Below the pieces are notes generated by a model. It did no database searches. It was not told the DNA's origin and worked only from the letters and a program-made list of their open reading frames with translations. Source: Candidatus Zhuqueibacterota bacterium (lineage in GTDB: Bacteria; BS750m-G25). From it: 26,919 nt of DNA. The translations under genes were made by a program, and so were the position numbers. Positions 15,932-25,177 of the stretch are shown piece by piece. Positions within the stretch are counted from its first letter, which is position 1; every line of letters begins with the position of its first letter. The stretch is from positions 62,001 through 88,919 of the forward strand of contig JADHWK010000004.1 of the NCBI GenBank assembly GCA_016783505.1, written 5' to 3'.

Positions 15932-18151
15932 TTACCGATCCTCAGTCTCCACGGAAATCTCCGCCTTGCACTTCAAGCAGAGTAGATAATCCCCTTTGAT
16001 CTTTGATGATTTTTCCACCAGAAGCCCATATCCGCATTCCGGGCACTTCCGGGCGACGGGCTTGTCCCAGCAAGCAAATTTGCATTTCGGATAGCGATTG
16101 CACCCGTAGAAAACCCGTCCCCGTTTGGACTTTTTCTCCACCAATTCACCATCACAGCCATCCTCCGGACAGGGGATCCCCAGGGTATAGGGCTTGGTGT
16201 TTCTGCACCTGGGATAGGCCGAGCAGGCCCAGAACTTTCCGAACCGCCCCTCCCGCAACACCATGGGGGCGGAACACTTTTCACATACCTCCTCGGAGTC
16301 TGCCTCTACCTCGACCAAAGGCCGGGTATTCCGGCATTTGGGAAAAGCCGAGCACGCCAGAAACTTGCCCCTTTTTCCCCAACGGATCACCATTTCAGAA
16401 CCGCAGCGGTCACAGACCACCCCGGCCGGCTCCTGGAGTTGCTGGCGGATCTCCTGTTTTTTGGCATCAGCCTCCACGAGGGCCTGACTGAACGGCCGCC
16501 AGAATTCCTCCACCACCCCCGACCAGTGGGCCTTGCCCCCTTCAATACGGTCCAGTGCCTCCTCCATCTGAGCGGTGAATTTTACGTTGAAGATATGGGG
16601 AAAACCGTTGACTAAAATGGTGGAAACCGCTATCCCCAATTCGGTGGGAAACAGGGACTTCTTCCTTCGCTCTACGTAATTTCTAAGGTATAGGGTGCCG
16701 ATGATGGCAGCATAGGTGCTGGGCCGACCGATGCCCCGTTCATCCAGCTCCTTAATCAGGCTTCCCTCAGTGTAGCGGGGGGGTGGCTTGGTGAAATGCT
16801 GCTTGGGCAGCAGATTAAGGAGGGTAAGCCTCTCCCCCACGTTAATCCCGGCGGGCAATTCTTGCCCGGCCCCCTCCTTTTCCTCTTTGGGCTCCTCGTA
16901 AACCTGAAGGAACCCCCGGAAGATGACCTTCTGTCCCCGGGCCCGGAATAGATATTCCTCAGCATTAATATCAATGGTGGTCTGTTTAAACTGAGCGACG
17001 GCCATCTGTGAGGCTACGAAACGGCACCATATCAAATAGTAAAGCTTCCATTGATCTGTGGCCAGGAATTTCTTAACCTTCTTGGGTTCTAAGGACATGG
17101 AGGTGGGACGAATGGCCTCGTGGGCCTCCTGTGACCCCTTCTTTTTGAACATCCGGGCCCGCCGGGGCACATATTCCAGGCCATAGGTGTTGAGGATATA
17201 CTCCCGAACCGCCCCTATGGCCTGCTGGGAGACCCGATAGGAATCCGTCCTCATATAAGTGATCAGACCCTGAGTACCCGACTTTCCCAGCTCGATTCCC
17301 TCGTAAAGCTGTTGGGCGATGGCCATCGTCTTCTGGGGGGAAAATCCCAGCCGGCTGGCGATCTCCTGTTGCAGGGTACTGGTGATGAAGGGGGGATGGG
17401 GTTCCTTTTTGATCTCCTTGACGGTAATGTCGCTGACGACAAATGGCTTCTTTTTGACATCATTGACAAAAGCATCCGCCGTGGGCTGGTCGGGAATGCG
17501 GGGTTTCTTTCCATCAATACGGATCAGTTCGGCCAGAAAGGGTTTTGCCTTCTTTCCCTTTAACTCGGCGATGATCGTCCAGTATTCCTCGGGGACAAAA
17601 CCGACAATTTCCCGTTCCCGATCACAGACCAACCTTAAGGCCACCGATTGCACCCGTCCCGCCGATAAGCCCTTGGCCACCGTCTTCCACAACAGGGGGC
17701 TGACCTTATATCCCACCAGCCGGTCCATCACCCGCCGGGCCACCTGGGCCTCAACCTTGGCCCGGTCAATCCGGCCCGGATTTTGAAAGGCCTTCTTCAC
17801 CACCATCTTGGTGATCTCATTGAAGGCCACTCGATACACGTGTCTATTATCCGTTCTGATGGACTTGGCAATGTGGTAAGCAATGGCCTCCCCCTCCCGG
17901 TCGGGGTCAGTGGCCAGATAGACGTGCTCAACCCCGGCGGCGGATTTCTTCAATCCGTTTAAGATCTTCCCCTTCCCCCGGATGATCACGAACCGGGGCT
18001 TAAACCCGTTTGCGATGTCCACCCCCATTTCTTTTTGGGGGAGGTCCAGCAGGTGACCCATGGAGGCCTTGACTAAAAAATCATCCCCCAGAAAGCGATG
18101 GATGGTATGGGCCTTAGCGGGGGACTCGACGATGACTAAGGATTTGGGCAT
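15932..18151 (-). CDS. topA: DNA topoisomerase I (type IA) with C-terminal zinc-ribbon repeats
   Basis: LVIVESPAKA, ATDPDREGEAI, SAGRVQS, ITYMRTDS, QEAHEAIRPT, GIGRPSTYA, repeated CxxC...C..YP.C. Confidence 0.98.
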   Translation of the reverse strand: MPKSLVIVESPAKAHTIHRFLGDDFLVKASMGHLLDLPQKEMGVDIANGFKPRFVIIRGKGKILNGLKKSAAGVEHVYLATDPDREGEAIAYHIAKSIRTDNRHVYRVAFNEITKMVVKKAFQNPGRIDRAKVEAQVARRVMDRLVGYKVSPLLWKTVAKGLSAGRVQSVALRLVCDREREIVGFVPEEYWTIIAELKGKKAKPFLAELIRIDGKKPRIPDQPTADAFVNDVKKKPFVVSDITVKEIKKEPHPPFITSTLQQEIASRLGFSPQKTMAIAQQLYEGIELGKSGTQGLITYMRTDSYRVSQQAIGAVREYILNTYGLEYVPRRARMFKKKGSQEAHEAIRPTSMSLEPKKVKKFLATDQWKLYYLIWCRFVASQMAVAQFKQTTIDINAEEYLFRARGQKVIFRGFLQVYEEPKEEKEGAGQELPAGINVGERLTLLNLLPKQHFTKPPPRYTEGSLIKELDERGIGRPSTYAAIIGTLYLRNYVERRKKSLFPTELGIAVSTILVNGFPHIFNVKFTAQMEEALDRIEGGKAHWSGVVEEFWRPFSQALVEADAKKQEIRQQLQEPAGVVCDRCGSEMVIRWGKRGKFLACSAFPKCRNTRPLVEVEADSEEVCEKCSAPMVLREGRFGKFWACSAYPRCRNTKPYTLGIPCPEDGCDGELVEKKSKRGRVFYGCNRYPKCKFACWDKPVARKCPECGYGLLVEKSSKIKGDYLLCLKCKAEISVETEDR

Positions 18152-18209
18152 AAGTAATTTTCAGGTTAATTCATTCAGGCGTTAGATAATCAGACAGACG
18201 TTTCAATAG

Positions 18210-18356
18210 CCTGTCCCGAAGCTTCGGGGCAGGAATTAAGATTCACAAACGAAAATCCCAGGGCGTTCACGCCCTTCAGTTATTCCCTTTTTTAAACGCC
18301 GTAAACGACGTAATATTACAATTAATACTCCCCGTACCCCGCCGTAAACGACGGGG
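18210..18356. repeat. Cluster of REP-like palindromes between secA and topA
   Basis: cctgtcccgaagcttcggggcagg (18210-18233); agggcgt-tc-acgccct (18260-18275); cgccgtaaacgacg twice (18297-18310, 18340-18353), the second within ccccgccgtaaacgacgggg. Confidence 0.8.
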
Positions 18357-18456
18357 CTATTAATCGGCAGATATGGATTGATATAATATTCATCCGTTTT
18401 TAGCTCTGTAGGAGCAGAATGTTCAAACTAAAATGTTAACCATAAAAAATCACCGT

Positions 18457-18508
18457 TTCCCCTTATCTCCCCCTCTCCTCTGCTCCCCCGCCCCTCTGCC
18501 CCCTGCCG
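18457..18508. repeat. Pyrimidine-rich octamer tandem units (CTCCTCTG-like); related runs at 23572-23612 and 24424-24450
   Basis: ctccccct ctcctctg ctcccccg cccctctg ccccctg; at 23580 ctcctctg cacccctg ctcctccg ctcctctg; at 24425 ctcccccg ctcctctg. Confidence 0.8.
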
Positions 18509-18512
18509 AATT

Positions 18513-21500
18513 CTATCTCCCATGGCAATACTTATACTTCTTCCCACTCCCGCAGGGGCAGGGATCGTTGCGTCCTATCTTGGCCCTTTCACGGCGGAAC
18601 GGAACCCTCTTGCCGACCTGGGGAGGACCTTCGCCTTCTGGTGCCCCCTCGGCGAGTTGGGGACGGGCCTGGAAGCCCAACCCCACCGCTTCCTGATGGA
18701 CCAGGGTCACCCGCTGGGGTCCCCGCGCCCGATCCCGCTCAATCTGGAATTGGGCCTTAAAGATGAAACCCAACGCCTCCTCGTTGATGCGATCCAGCAT
18801 ATCCCTGAACATCAGAAAGCCTTCTTTCTTGTATTCCAGCAGGGGATCCTTCTGACCATAGGCCCTGAGGCCGATTCCCTCTTTCATCTGGTCCATCTCG
18901 TAGAGGTGCTCTTTCCAGCGCTCATCAATGATCCGCAGAATGGCGAACCGCTCCAACCGTTCCATCAGCTCCTCGCCCACCGTCTCCTTTTTTCGCTCCA
19001 TAAGTTCCAGGGCCTTCTGTCGAATACTCTCAGTAAGGTCTTCGGGCTTCATGGTGGGTTTTTCATCTTCATAGACCCCGGTCTGCAGCAGCAATACCTT
19101 CATCAAATCTTCTTCCAAACCCGCCCAGTTCCAATCGTCGGGGTGGGGGCTGCCATTAGTGTGCCTCTCCAGTTCGGTTTCGATGAATTCGTCAATCATC
19201 TGATGAATTTCATCCTCCAGATCCTCCCTCGCCCCCGTAAGGGCGTGAGCCCGGCGGTCGTAGATCACCTCCCTCTGCTGGTTCATGACGTCATCGTATT
19301 CAAGCAGGTGCTTGCGGATGTCGAAGTTGTGCATTTCTACTCGTTTCTGGGCGCGTTCGATGGACCGGGTGATCATGGAGTGTGTGATCACCTCGCCCTC
19401 CTGGACACCCAGCCGATCCATCACTCCGGCTATGCGGTCGGAGCCGAACAGCCTCATCAGGTCATCTTCTAAGGAGAGGTAGAAGCGGGAAGAACCCGGG
19501 TCCCCCTGGCGGCCGGAGCGGCCCCGGAGCTGGCGGTCTATGCGTCGGGCCTCGTGGCGCTCGGTGCCAATGATCCTCAAACCGCAGGGCACCTCGGGAC
19601 GGCAGTTCAACTCTTCAAAATAAGGACAGATCTCCTCGTCCGGTCTTGGGTCCTTCAGGGCACAGTTAGGATGGCGAACTATCCCGGAGCCCAGCTTGAT
19701 GTCCGTCCCCCGGCCGGCCATGTTAGTGGCGATGGTCACCGCCCCTGGCTGACCGGCAAAGGCCACTATCTCCGCCTCCCGCTGATGGTGCTTGGCGTTC
19801 AATACGTTGTGGGGGATGCCCCGCCTCTTTAGCATTTTACTCAAAAGCTCCGAGACCTCCACAGAGATGGTACCTACCAGCACCGGTCTTTTCTGGCTAT
19901 AGAGTTGCTCGATCTCCTCGATAATGGCGTTATATTTCTCCCGCTTGGTGCGGTGGATGACGTCCTCATAATCTAGCCTGCGGACGGGCTCGTTGGTGGG
20001 GATAACTACCACGTCAAGCTTGTAGATGTCCCAGAACTCCTTGGCCTCCGTCTCCGCCGTTCCCGTCATACCCGCCAGCTTATCGTAGAGTCGGAAGTAG
20101 TTCTGCAGGGTAATGGTGGCCAGGGTCTGGGTCTCCTGCTCTACCTTGACGCTCTCCTTGGCCTCCAGGGCCTGATGCAGGCCGTCCGAATACCGTCGCC
20201 CTGGCATCAGTCGGCCGGTGAACTCATCAACGATTAAGACCTTGCCGTCCTGAACCACGTATTCCACGTCTTTCTCGAACAGGGAATAGGCCCGGAGGAG
20301 CTGGGATATGTTCTGAATGCGTTCCGACCGCTCGCTGTAGAGGCGGTGGAATTCCTCCTTCTTCTTCTCCTTCTCCTGAACAGAAAGCTGGGGGTCCCCT
20401 TCGATCTGGGAGAGTTCAGTGGAGAGGTCGGGGATGACAAACATGTCTTGGTCCCCCCCGTGGTCGGAAAGGACCTCCCGTCCCTTTTCGGTCAGGTCAA
20501 TGACGTGACTCTTCTCGTCAATGGAAAAGTAGAGGGCCTCGTCAATTTCGTGCAATTTTTTGTCCCGAAGGTAATCGTTCTCCACCCGGGTGATCAGCTT
20601 TTGGGTGCCCACCTCCTGATACAGCTTCATCAGCCTTTTGTTCTTGGGCGCCCCCCGCCGCGCCTTCAGAAGCAGCTCCCCGGCCTCATATTCCTTCCCA
20701 TCCTCGAGCAGTTTTTCAGCCTCGGATACGATTTGATTGACCAGGTGGGTCTGGCTGCTCGCCAGCCGCTCCACCTCGGGTTTCAGTTCGTCAAACTTCT
20801 GCGAGGTGGAGGTGGACACCGGTCCCGAGATGATCAGGGGGGTGCGGGCCTCGTCAACCAGGACCGAATCCACCTCGTCCACGATGGCATAATGGTGGCC
20901 CCGCTGCACCTGGTCCTCGGGCCGAATGGCCATGTTATCCCTGAGATAATCGAAACCGAACTCGTTGTTGGTACCATAGGTGATGTCCTTATTATATTCG
21001 ACCCTCCGCTCTTCGGGGGTCATGGTGTGGAGGATACAGCCCACCGAAAGCCCTAAGGTTTCATAGATCTTTCCCATCCATTCGGCGTCCCGCTGGGCCA
21101 AATAGTCGTTGACGGTCACCAGATGGACACCCCGACCCAAAAGGGCATTCAGGTAGAAGGGCATGGTAGCTACTAAGGTCTTCCCCTCACCGGTAGCCAT
21201 TTCGGCGATCTTCCCCTGATGAAGGACCACCGCGCCGACGAGTTGAACGTCATAGGGCACCATATCCCACCTAACCTTCCCCCGGGCGGCCATCCAGGAC
21301 TTGCCCACCAATCTCCGACAAGCCTCCTTGACTAAGGCAAAGGCTTCCGGCAGAATCTCGTTTAAGATCTCCGCCTCCCGCTCCAGAACCCTGTCATACA
21401 TCTCCTCCTTGCTCCACCCCTTCTCCTGACCCTCCTGTTGGGTTCGCTCCCGTTCCTTTCTAATACGCTCTTTAAATTCCTCAGTCTTGGCCCTTAGCCC

Positions 21501-21623
21501 TTCTTCGGGAAGTTCGTGAAGGGTCTCATAAATTCGATTGATTTCCTCCACCACCGGTATGGTCTTTTTAATATCCCGCAGGTGCTTAGTGCCGAAGACC
21601 TTGGTTATGACATCATTAAACAT
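18513..21623 (-). CDS. secA: Preprotein translocase ATPase SecA
   Basis: [66 protein letters not shown]-terminal [19 protein letters not shown]. Confidence 0.99.
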   Translation of the reverse strand: MFNDVITKVFGTKHLRDIKKTIPVVEEINRIYETLHELPEEGLRAKTEEFKERIRKERERTQQEGQEKGWSKEEMYDRVLEREAEILNEILPEAFALVKEACRRLVGKSWMAARGKVRWDMVPYDVQLVGAVVLHQGKIAEMATGEGKTLVATMPFYLNALLGRGVHLVTVNDYLAQRDAEWMGKIYETLGLSVGCILHTMTPEERRVEYNKDITYGTNNEFGFDYLRDNMAIRPEDQVQRGHHYAIVDEVDSVLVDEARTPLIISGPVSTSTSQKFDELKPEVERLASSQTHLVNQIVSEAEKLLEDGKEYEAGELLLKARRGAPKNKRLMKLYQEVGTQKLITRVENDYLRDKKLHEIDEALYFSIDEKSHVIDLTEKGREVLSDHGGDQDMFVIPDLSTELSQIEGDPQLSVQEKEKKKEEFHRLYSERSERIQNISQLLRAYSLFEKDVEYVVQDGKVLIVDEFTGRLMPGRRYSDGLHQALEAKESVKVEQETQTLATITLQNYFRLYDKLAGMTGTAETEAKEFWDIYKLDVVVIPTNEPVRRLDYEDVIHRTKREKYNAIIEEIEQLYSQKRPVLVGTISVEVSELLSKMLKRRGIPHNVLNAKHHQREAEIVAFAGQPGAVTIATNMAGRGTDIKLGSGIVRHPNCALKDPRPDEEICPYFEELNCRPEVPCGLRIIGTERHEARRIDRQLRGRSGRQGDPGSSRFYLSLEDDLMRLFGSDRIAGVMDRLGVQEGEVITHSMITRSIERAQKRVEMHNFDIRKHLLEYDDVMNQQREVIYDRRAHALTGAREDLEDEIHQMIDEFIETELERHTNGSPHPDDWNWAGLEEDLMKVLLLQTGVYEDEKPTMKPEDLTESIRQKALELMERKKETVGEELMERLERFAILRIIDERWKEHLYEMDQMKEGIGLRAYGQKDPLLEYKKEGFLMFRDMLDRINEEALGFIFKAQFQIERDRARGPQRVTLVHQEAVGLGFQARPQLAEGAPEGEGPPQVGKRVPFRRERAKIGRNDPCPCGSGKKYKYCHGR

Positions 21624-21642
21624 ATTGGTTATTCCCCCCTTA

Positions 21643-23517
21643 TTAAATCCCTACCAATAAAACCTCTTTAGCCGCCTTATTGTTACTCAAAACATATTTA
21701 TAGTCCGTTTTGTTTACCTCTACAATATCCCTCTTATACTTGCCTAACAGATTCACTAAATCTTCAATTGAAGGAATCCCATCACTGCGATAGGAAACGA
21801 CAAGAATACTGTGTTGGAATTTATTGAAAAGTCTACCAAAGGCATCATGGATCTTGCTTTTATCCGTCCAAATTGATTTCTGATGCTTAAGTTTCCTGTG
21901 TTTACTTCTGTGATCAATCAATTTGTCCCAATTAGAATAATTAAGCAACCCTTCCAAGAAATGATAAAATTCAAAATAATCCACCCCAACCCCTTTATTT
22001 GAAATATACGGGGTGTCAATGTATACCAAATCATATTCATTCATAATGCCGAAAACATCTTTATTCAGCGCCTTGTTTTTATAACCATTTGAGAAAACCG
22101 CATTATTAGCCTCTTCAACAAATTTTTTAAAATGCACTTCAAAAGGGGTATCCCATGTCGTTTTGTTACCAAAATTTCTTTCAACATCAGAAAAACGTAT
22201 ATATAAATTTTTTCTGTGAAAAAGATTATAAGGCCTTTTGATAATACAGGCTTGAAAAAGGGCAAAATATGCCATAGCTTTTTTATAGCGATTGTCCAAT
22301 GAGTCTATATTGGTCACTACCACATCAAGCCATTGGCTTTCCTCGTCAGTGTAATAAATATCGTGAAAGGTGTCATAAATAAATGAGGGATAACTTATTC
22401 CGGGGTGCCGCTGAAGCAAATAATCAACGTCCTTACGGGAGAGGGTCACTTTATCATTCTCAATCAAGGCCAAACCAATAAAATAGTTGAACTTCAAAAT
22501 GTCATTGTAAGTAACCTGTTTGTCTTTACTTTTAAAATAATGGCTGACGCAGCCTGTGCCACCAAAAGCATCCAGAACAGAAGAAAAATTTAAATGTTTA
22601 ATATTATCCCAAATCCACTCCGTAATTTTTAACTTACTTCCTTGAAATCTTGTTGATGGAAATTTTGGGGTTTTTTCTAAAAGCTCTAATTGATTTGAAG
22701 TTCTGTAGGCAACTCCAGTTTCTCTAATCAAGGGAATTTTTTTTGATTCTATATATCCCTTGAGATTAGAATAGGGCACCTTAACTAACCTTGCCCTTTC
22801 CGCCATGTCCTTTGTCAAATAGTTCATCCAATAATCATCAAAGACACCTACTCCTAATTTTGAAAAAACACCTGTCCCATTTCGTAATTCTTCAATTTTG
22901 TTAGTCGAACCTATATTTTTTGTATTTCCGCTTCCCGGCCGATCTGCAGCTATGGTATATTTCTCTTGAACGATGAACTCAAAATCTGTAACCACAGATA
23001 AAATTTCTTCAAGATCATCAATAGTATAAATTCGTTTTTCATCAATTTTTTCTTCCTGCTGAGTATAAATGATTCCTAAGACAAAATGTTTCTCATATTC
23101 GTCATAAGGGAAGGTGATATTCTTACGACTTGTTCGCTCACGAAAATATCCGGTGAAAGCACCCAGGGTAAAACCTGATACCGTAGTGACAGATTTTCGA
23201 TAGGTGCTTTTAATATCTAGAGCAATTTGGGAGCCATCTTCATCTATGAAGCTAACATCGGGATAGAAATTTTGTTCCTTGCTTAAGACCATTTTATAGT
23301 TATTTTCCTGGGCAAATTTCTGAATAGTCGGGAAAAGCATCAGCTCAAGAATCTTTGATATTACTTTCGTATCAACAGAGATGGTGTAAATATTTTTAGC
23401 GATATCAATGAATCCCTTGACCGTCCAAGAACCATCAGGGGCTGATAATACTTTCTGAAATTCAGCAACGTATTTCGTCAATATTTTCTTGAAATTCTTC
23501 TTCATAAAAAACCCCAT
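21643..23517 (-). CDS. EcoRV-family type II restriction endonuclease (about aa 1-260) fused in frame to a D12/Dam-like N6-adenine DNA methyltransferase
   Basis: EcoRV-like [16 protein letters not shown]...ALDIK (PD-D/ExK), [14 protein letters not shown]; MTase [14 protein letters not shown] (motif I), YIDTPY (motif IV variant); visibly more AT-rich than the flanking genes. Confidence 0.88.
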   Translation of the reverse strand: MGFFMKKNFKKILTKYVAEFQKVLSAPDGSWTVKGFIDIAKNIYTISVDTKVISKILELMLFPTIQKFAQENNYKMVLSKEQNFYPDVSFIDEDGSQIALDIKSTYRKSVTTVSGFTLGAFTGYFRERTSRKNITFPYDEYEKHFVLGIIYTQQEEKIDEKRIYTIDDLEEILSVVTDFEFIVQEKYTIAADRPGSGNTKNIGSTNKIEELRNGTGVFSKLGVGVFDDYWMNYLTKDMAERARLVKVPYSNLKGYIESKKIPLIRETGVAYRTSNQLELLEKTPKFPSTRFQGSKLKITEWIWDNIKHLNFSSVLDAFGGTGCVSHYFKSKDKQVTYNDILKFNYFIGLALIENDKVTLSRKDVDYLLQRHPGISYPSFIYDTFHDIYYTDEESQWLDVVVTNIDSLDNRYKKAMAYFALFQACIIKRPYNLFHRKNLYIRFSDVERNFGNKTTWDTPFEVHFKKFVEEANNAVFSNGYKNKALNKDVFGIMNEYDLVYIDTPYISNKGVGVDYFEFYHFLEGLLNYSNWDKLIDHRSKHRKLKHQKSIWTDKSKIHDAFGRLFNKFQHSILVVSYRSDGIPSIEDLVNLLGKYKRDIVEVNKTDYKYVLSNNKAAKEVLLVGI

Positions 23518-23654
23518 ACTTATCCATAAATCGAAAAAAAGACGGATGTTTTTGAATTAAATGGATAGCTTACCCTTCACTCCTCTGCACCCCTGCTCCT
23601 CCGCTCCTCTGCTGTTCATAAACATCACTGACTAAAATATCACCTCAAAATTTC

Positions 23655-24329
23655 TTATCTCCCCACCAACAACCGATCCGCCAGAAAACCCGGCAGCCCG
23701 GCCCGGCGGATCTTTTCAGCCGCCAGTTGATTATCGTATTCCGAGCGTCGGAAGCTGAAATCGTCCCTTTCATTATCGTAAACCCCGAAGCAGAGCTCGG
23801 GGTTCCCATCCCGGGGCTGGCCCACCGACCCCACGTTAATGATCCGCCGCGTCCCCAAACTAAAAATTCCTGGATGATGGGAGTGACCGATAAAACAGAC
23901 CTTTTGGGTGAAATACCCAAACTGCCGTTCTGCTTCCATCGGTGAAAAGATATAATTCCACTGCTCCGGCTCTTCGGGGGTGGAGTGGACGAACAGGCAA
24001 TCATCCCTTTCTATCTTCAGGGGCAAATTTTTCAGATATTCCATGTTCTCAGGGGTAACCATCCCCTGATGTCGGAGCACCGCCTCCCGGGCGTAAACGT
24101 TAAAATAAGAGATGTCCGACTTCCCGCACACCGCCCAGTCATGGTTGCCGGCGATCACATGGGGGGTCAGATCCCGAACCGCCTCGATACACTCATTAGG
24201 ATTAGCCCCATAACCCACCAAGTCTCCAAGGCAGATAACCCCCGTTAGACCCTCCTCTTTAATTAAATCAAGGGCGGTTTGGAGGGCTTCCAAGTTTCCG
24301 TGAATGTCCGATATAATGGCCAGTTTCAT
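23655..24329 (-). CDS. Calcineurin-like metallophosphoesterase
   Basis: ISDIHGN, LGDLVGYG, GNHD, GHSH, NVGSVGQPRDG; ATG at 24329. Confidence 0.93.
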   Translation of the reverse strand: MKLAIISDIHGNLEALQTALDLIKEEGLTGVICLGDLVGYGANPNECIEAVRDLTPHVIAGNHDWAVCGKSDISYFNVYAREAVLRHQGMVTPENMEYLKNLPLKIERDDCLFVHSTPEEPEQWNYIFSPMEAERQFGYFTQKVCFIGHSHHPGIFSLGTRRIINVGSVGQPRDGNPELCFGVYDNERDDFSFRRSEYDNQLAAEKIRRAGLPGFLADRLLVGR

Positions 24330-24496
24330 TATCAATAAATGCCTTGGAATTTCTAAAACTTCATGAAAATTTCGATTCCAGAGTTTCTGGTCGGAACGAT
24401 CTTGGGACGGGGCTAAGTTCTTTTCTCCCCCGCTCCTCTGCCTCCCTTCTTCCCTACTTTTTCAAGTTTTGAAATTTCTAAGAGAGAACCCCAAAG

Positions 24497-24931
24497 TTAC
24501 CCCGAACATTCGGGGTTATTTTCTGTTTCCCCGGCCTTCATGTCCCCATAAACGGCGTCGAGGATACCGTTTACGAACTGACCGCTCTTCTCGGTGCTGT
24601 ATTTCTTAGCGATCTCGATGGCCTCATTGATGGTTACTTTGGGGGGGATATCGTCGAAATACCACAGTTCACTAATGGCCATCCGCAGAATGAGCCGGTC
24701 AATCAAAGCGATCCGCTCCAGCCGCCATTTCTGGGCCTTAACCCTGATCTCCATATCTATGTCCGATTGGTGTTCAACCGTCTTCCGAACCAGTTCCCGG
24801 GCGAATTGGACCGACTCACCATCTGGGGTAAACAGCGGATCTTCTAATAAATCACCCAGATCATTTTGGGTTAGTTCGTAAGCGTAAAGAACCTTAAGGG
24901 ACAGCTCCCGTCCCAGGCGCCTGGTGCCCAT
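24497..24931 (-). CDS. nusB: Transcription antitermination factor NusB
   Basis: RR..RE....LY, W.LERI..IDR.ILR, P.VTINEAIEIAKKY, FVNGILD. Confidence 0.97.
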   Translation of the reverse strand: MGTRRLGRELSLKVLYAYELTQNDLGDLLEDPLFTPDGESVQFARELVRKTVEHQSDIDMEIRVKAQKWRLERIALIDRLILRMAISELWYFDDIPPKVTINEAIEIAKKYSTEKSGQFVNGILDAVYGDMKAGETENNPECSG

Positions 24932-24969
24932 ACCCTACTCCCGCTAACAACTGAGCTGAGGAAACCCCC

Positions 24970-25140
24970 ACCTAAATAAATCCGAAATTCGAATATCGAA
25001 ATTCGTCCCGAATGCTCGGGACAAAATTCAAATGCTCAAATGCTCTAAACTATTTGATGATGTTTAGATGAATTTATGTGGATGTCTATTTTGGTCATTT
25101 GGATTTTGGACATTCGAATTTGTTTCGAGCTTCGGATTTT
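24970..25140. repeat. Third copy of the heptamer-periodic inverted-arm element, with a GTCCCGA-ATGC-TCGGGAC palindrome inside
   Basis: Left arm 24970-25050; right arm ttttggtcatttggattttggacattcgaatttgtttcgagcttcggatttt (25089-25140) resembles 249-325; palindrome at 25005-25022. Confidence 0.85.
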
Positions 25141-25177
25141 TAATGCATCCTGTAACCGGCTCAACCAAAGTTTTATC

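Noticed and set aside
18522-21056. Long plus-strand ORFs (316 aa, 236 aa) antisense to secA, and similar ones opposite sat, AlkP and topA
   Set aside because: Shadow frames of GC-rich conserved genes with no recognisable motifs.
6466-24652. Avoidance of GATATC as support for EcoRV specificity
   Set aside because: At least six sites are present (6466, 8550, 9362, 10404, 23401, 24647), so no avoidance is evident; specificity cannot be inferred this way.
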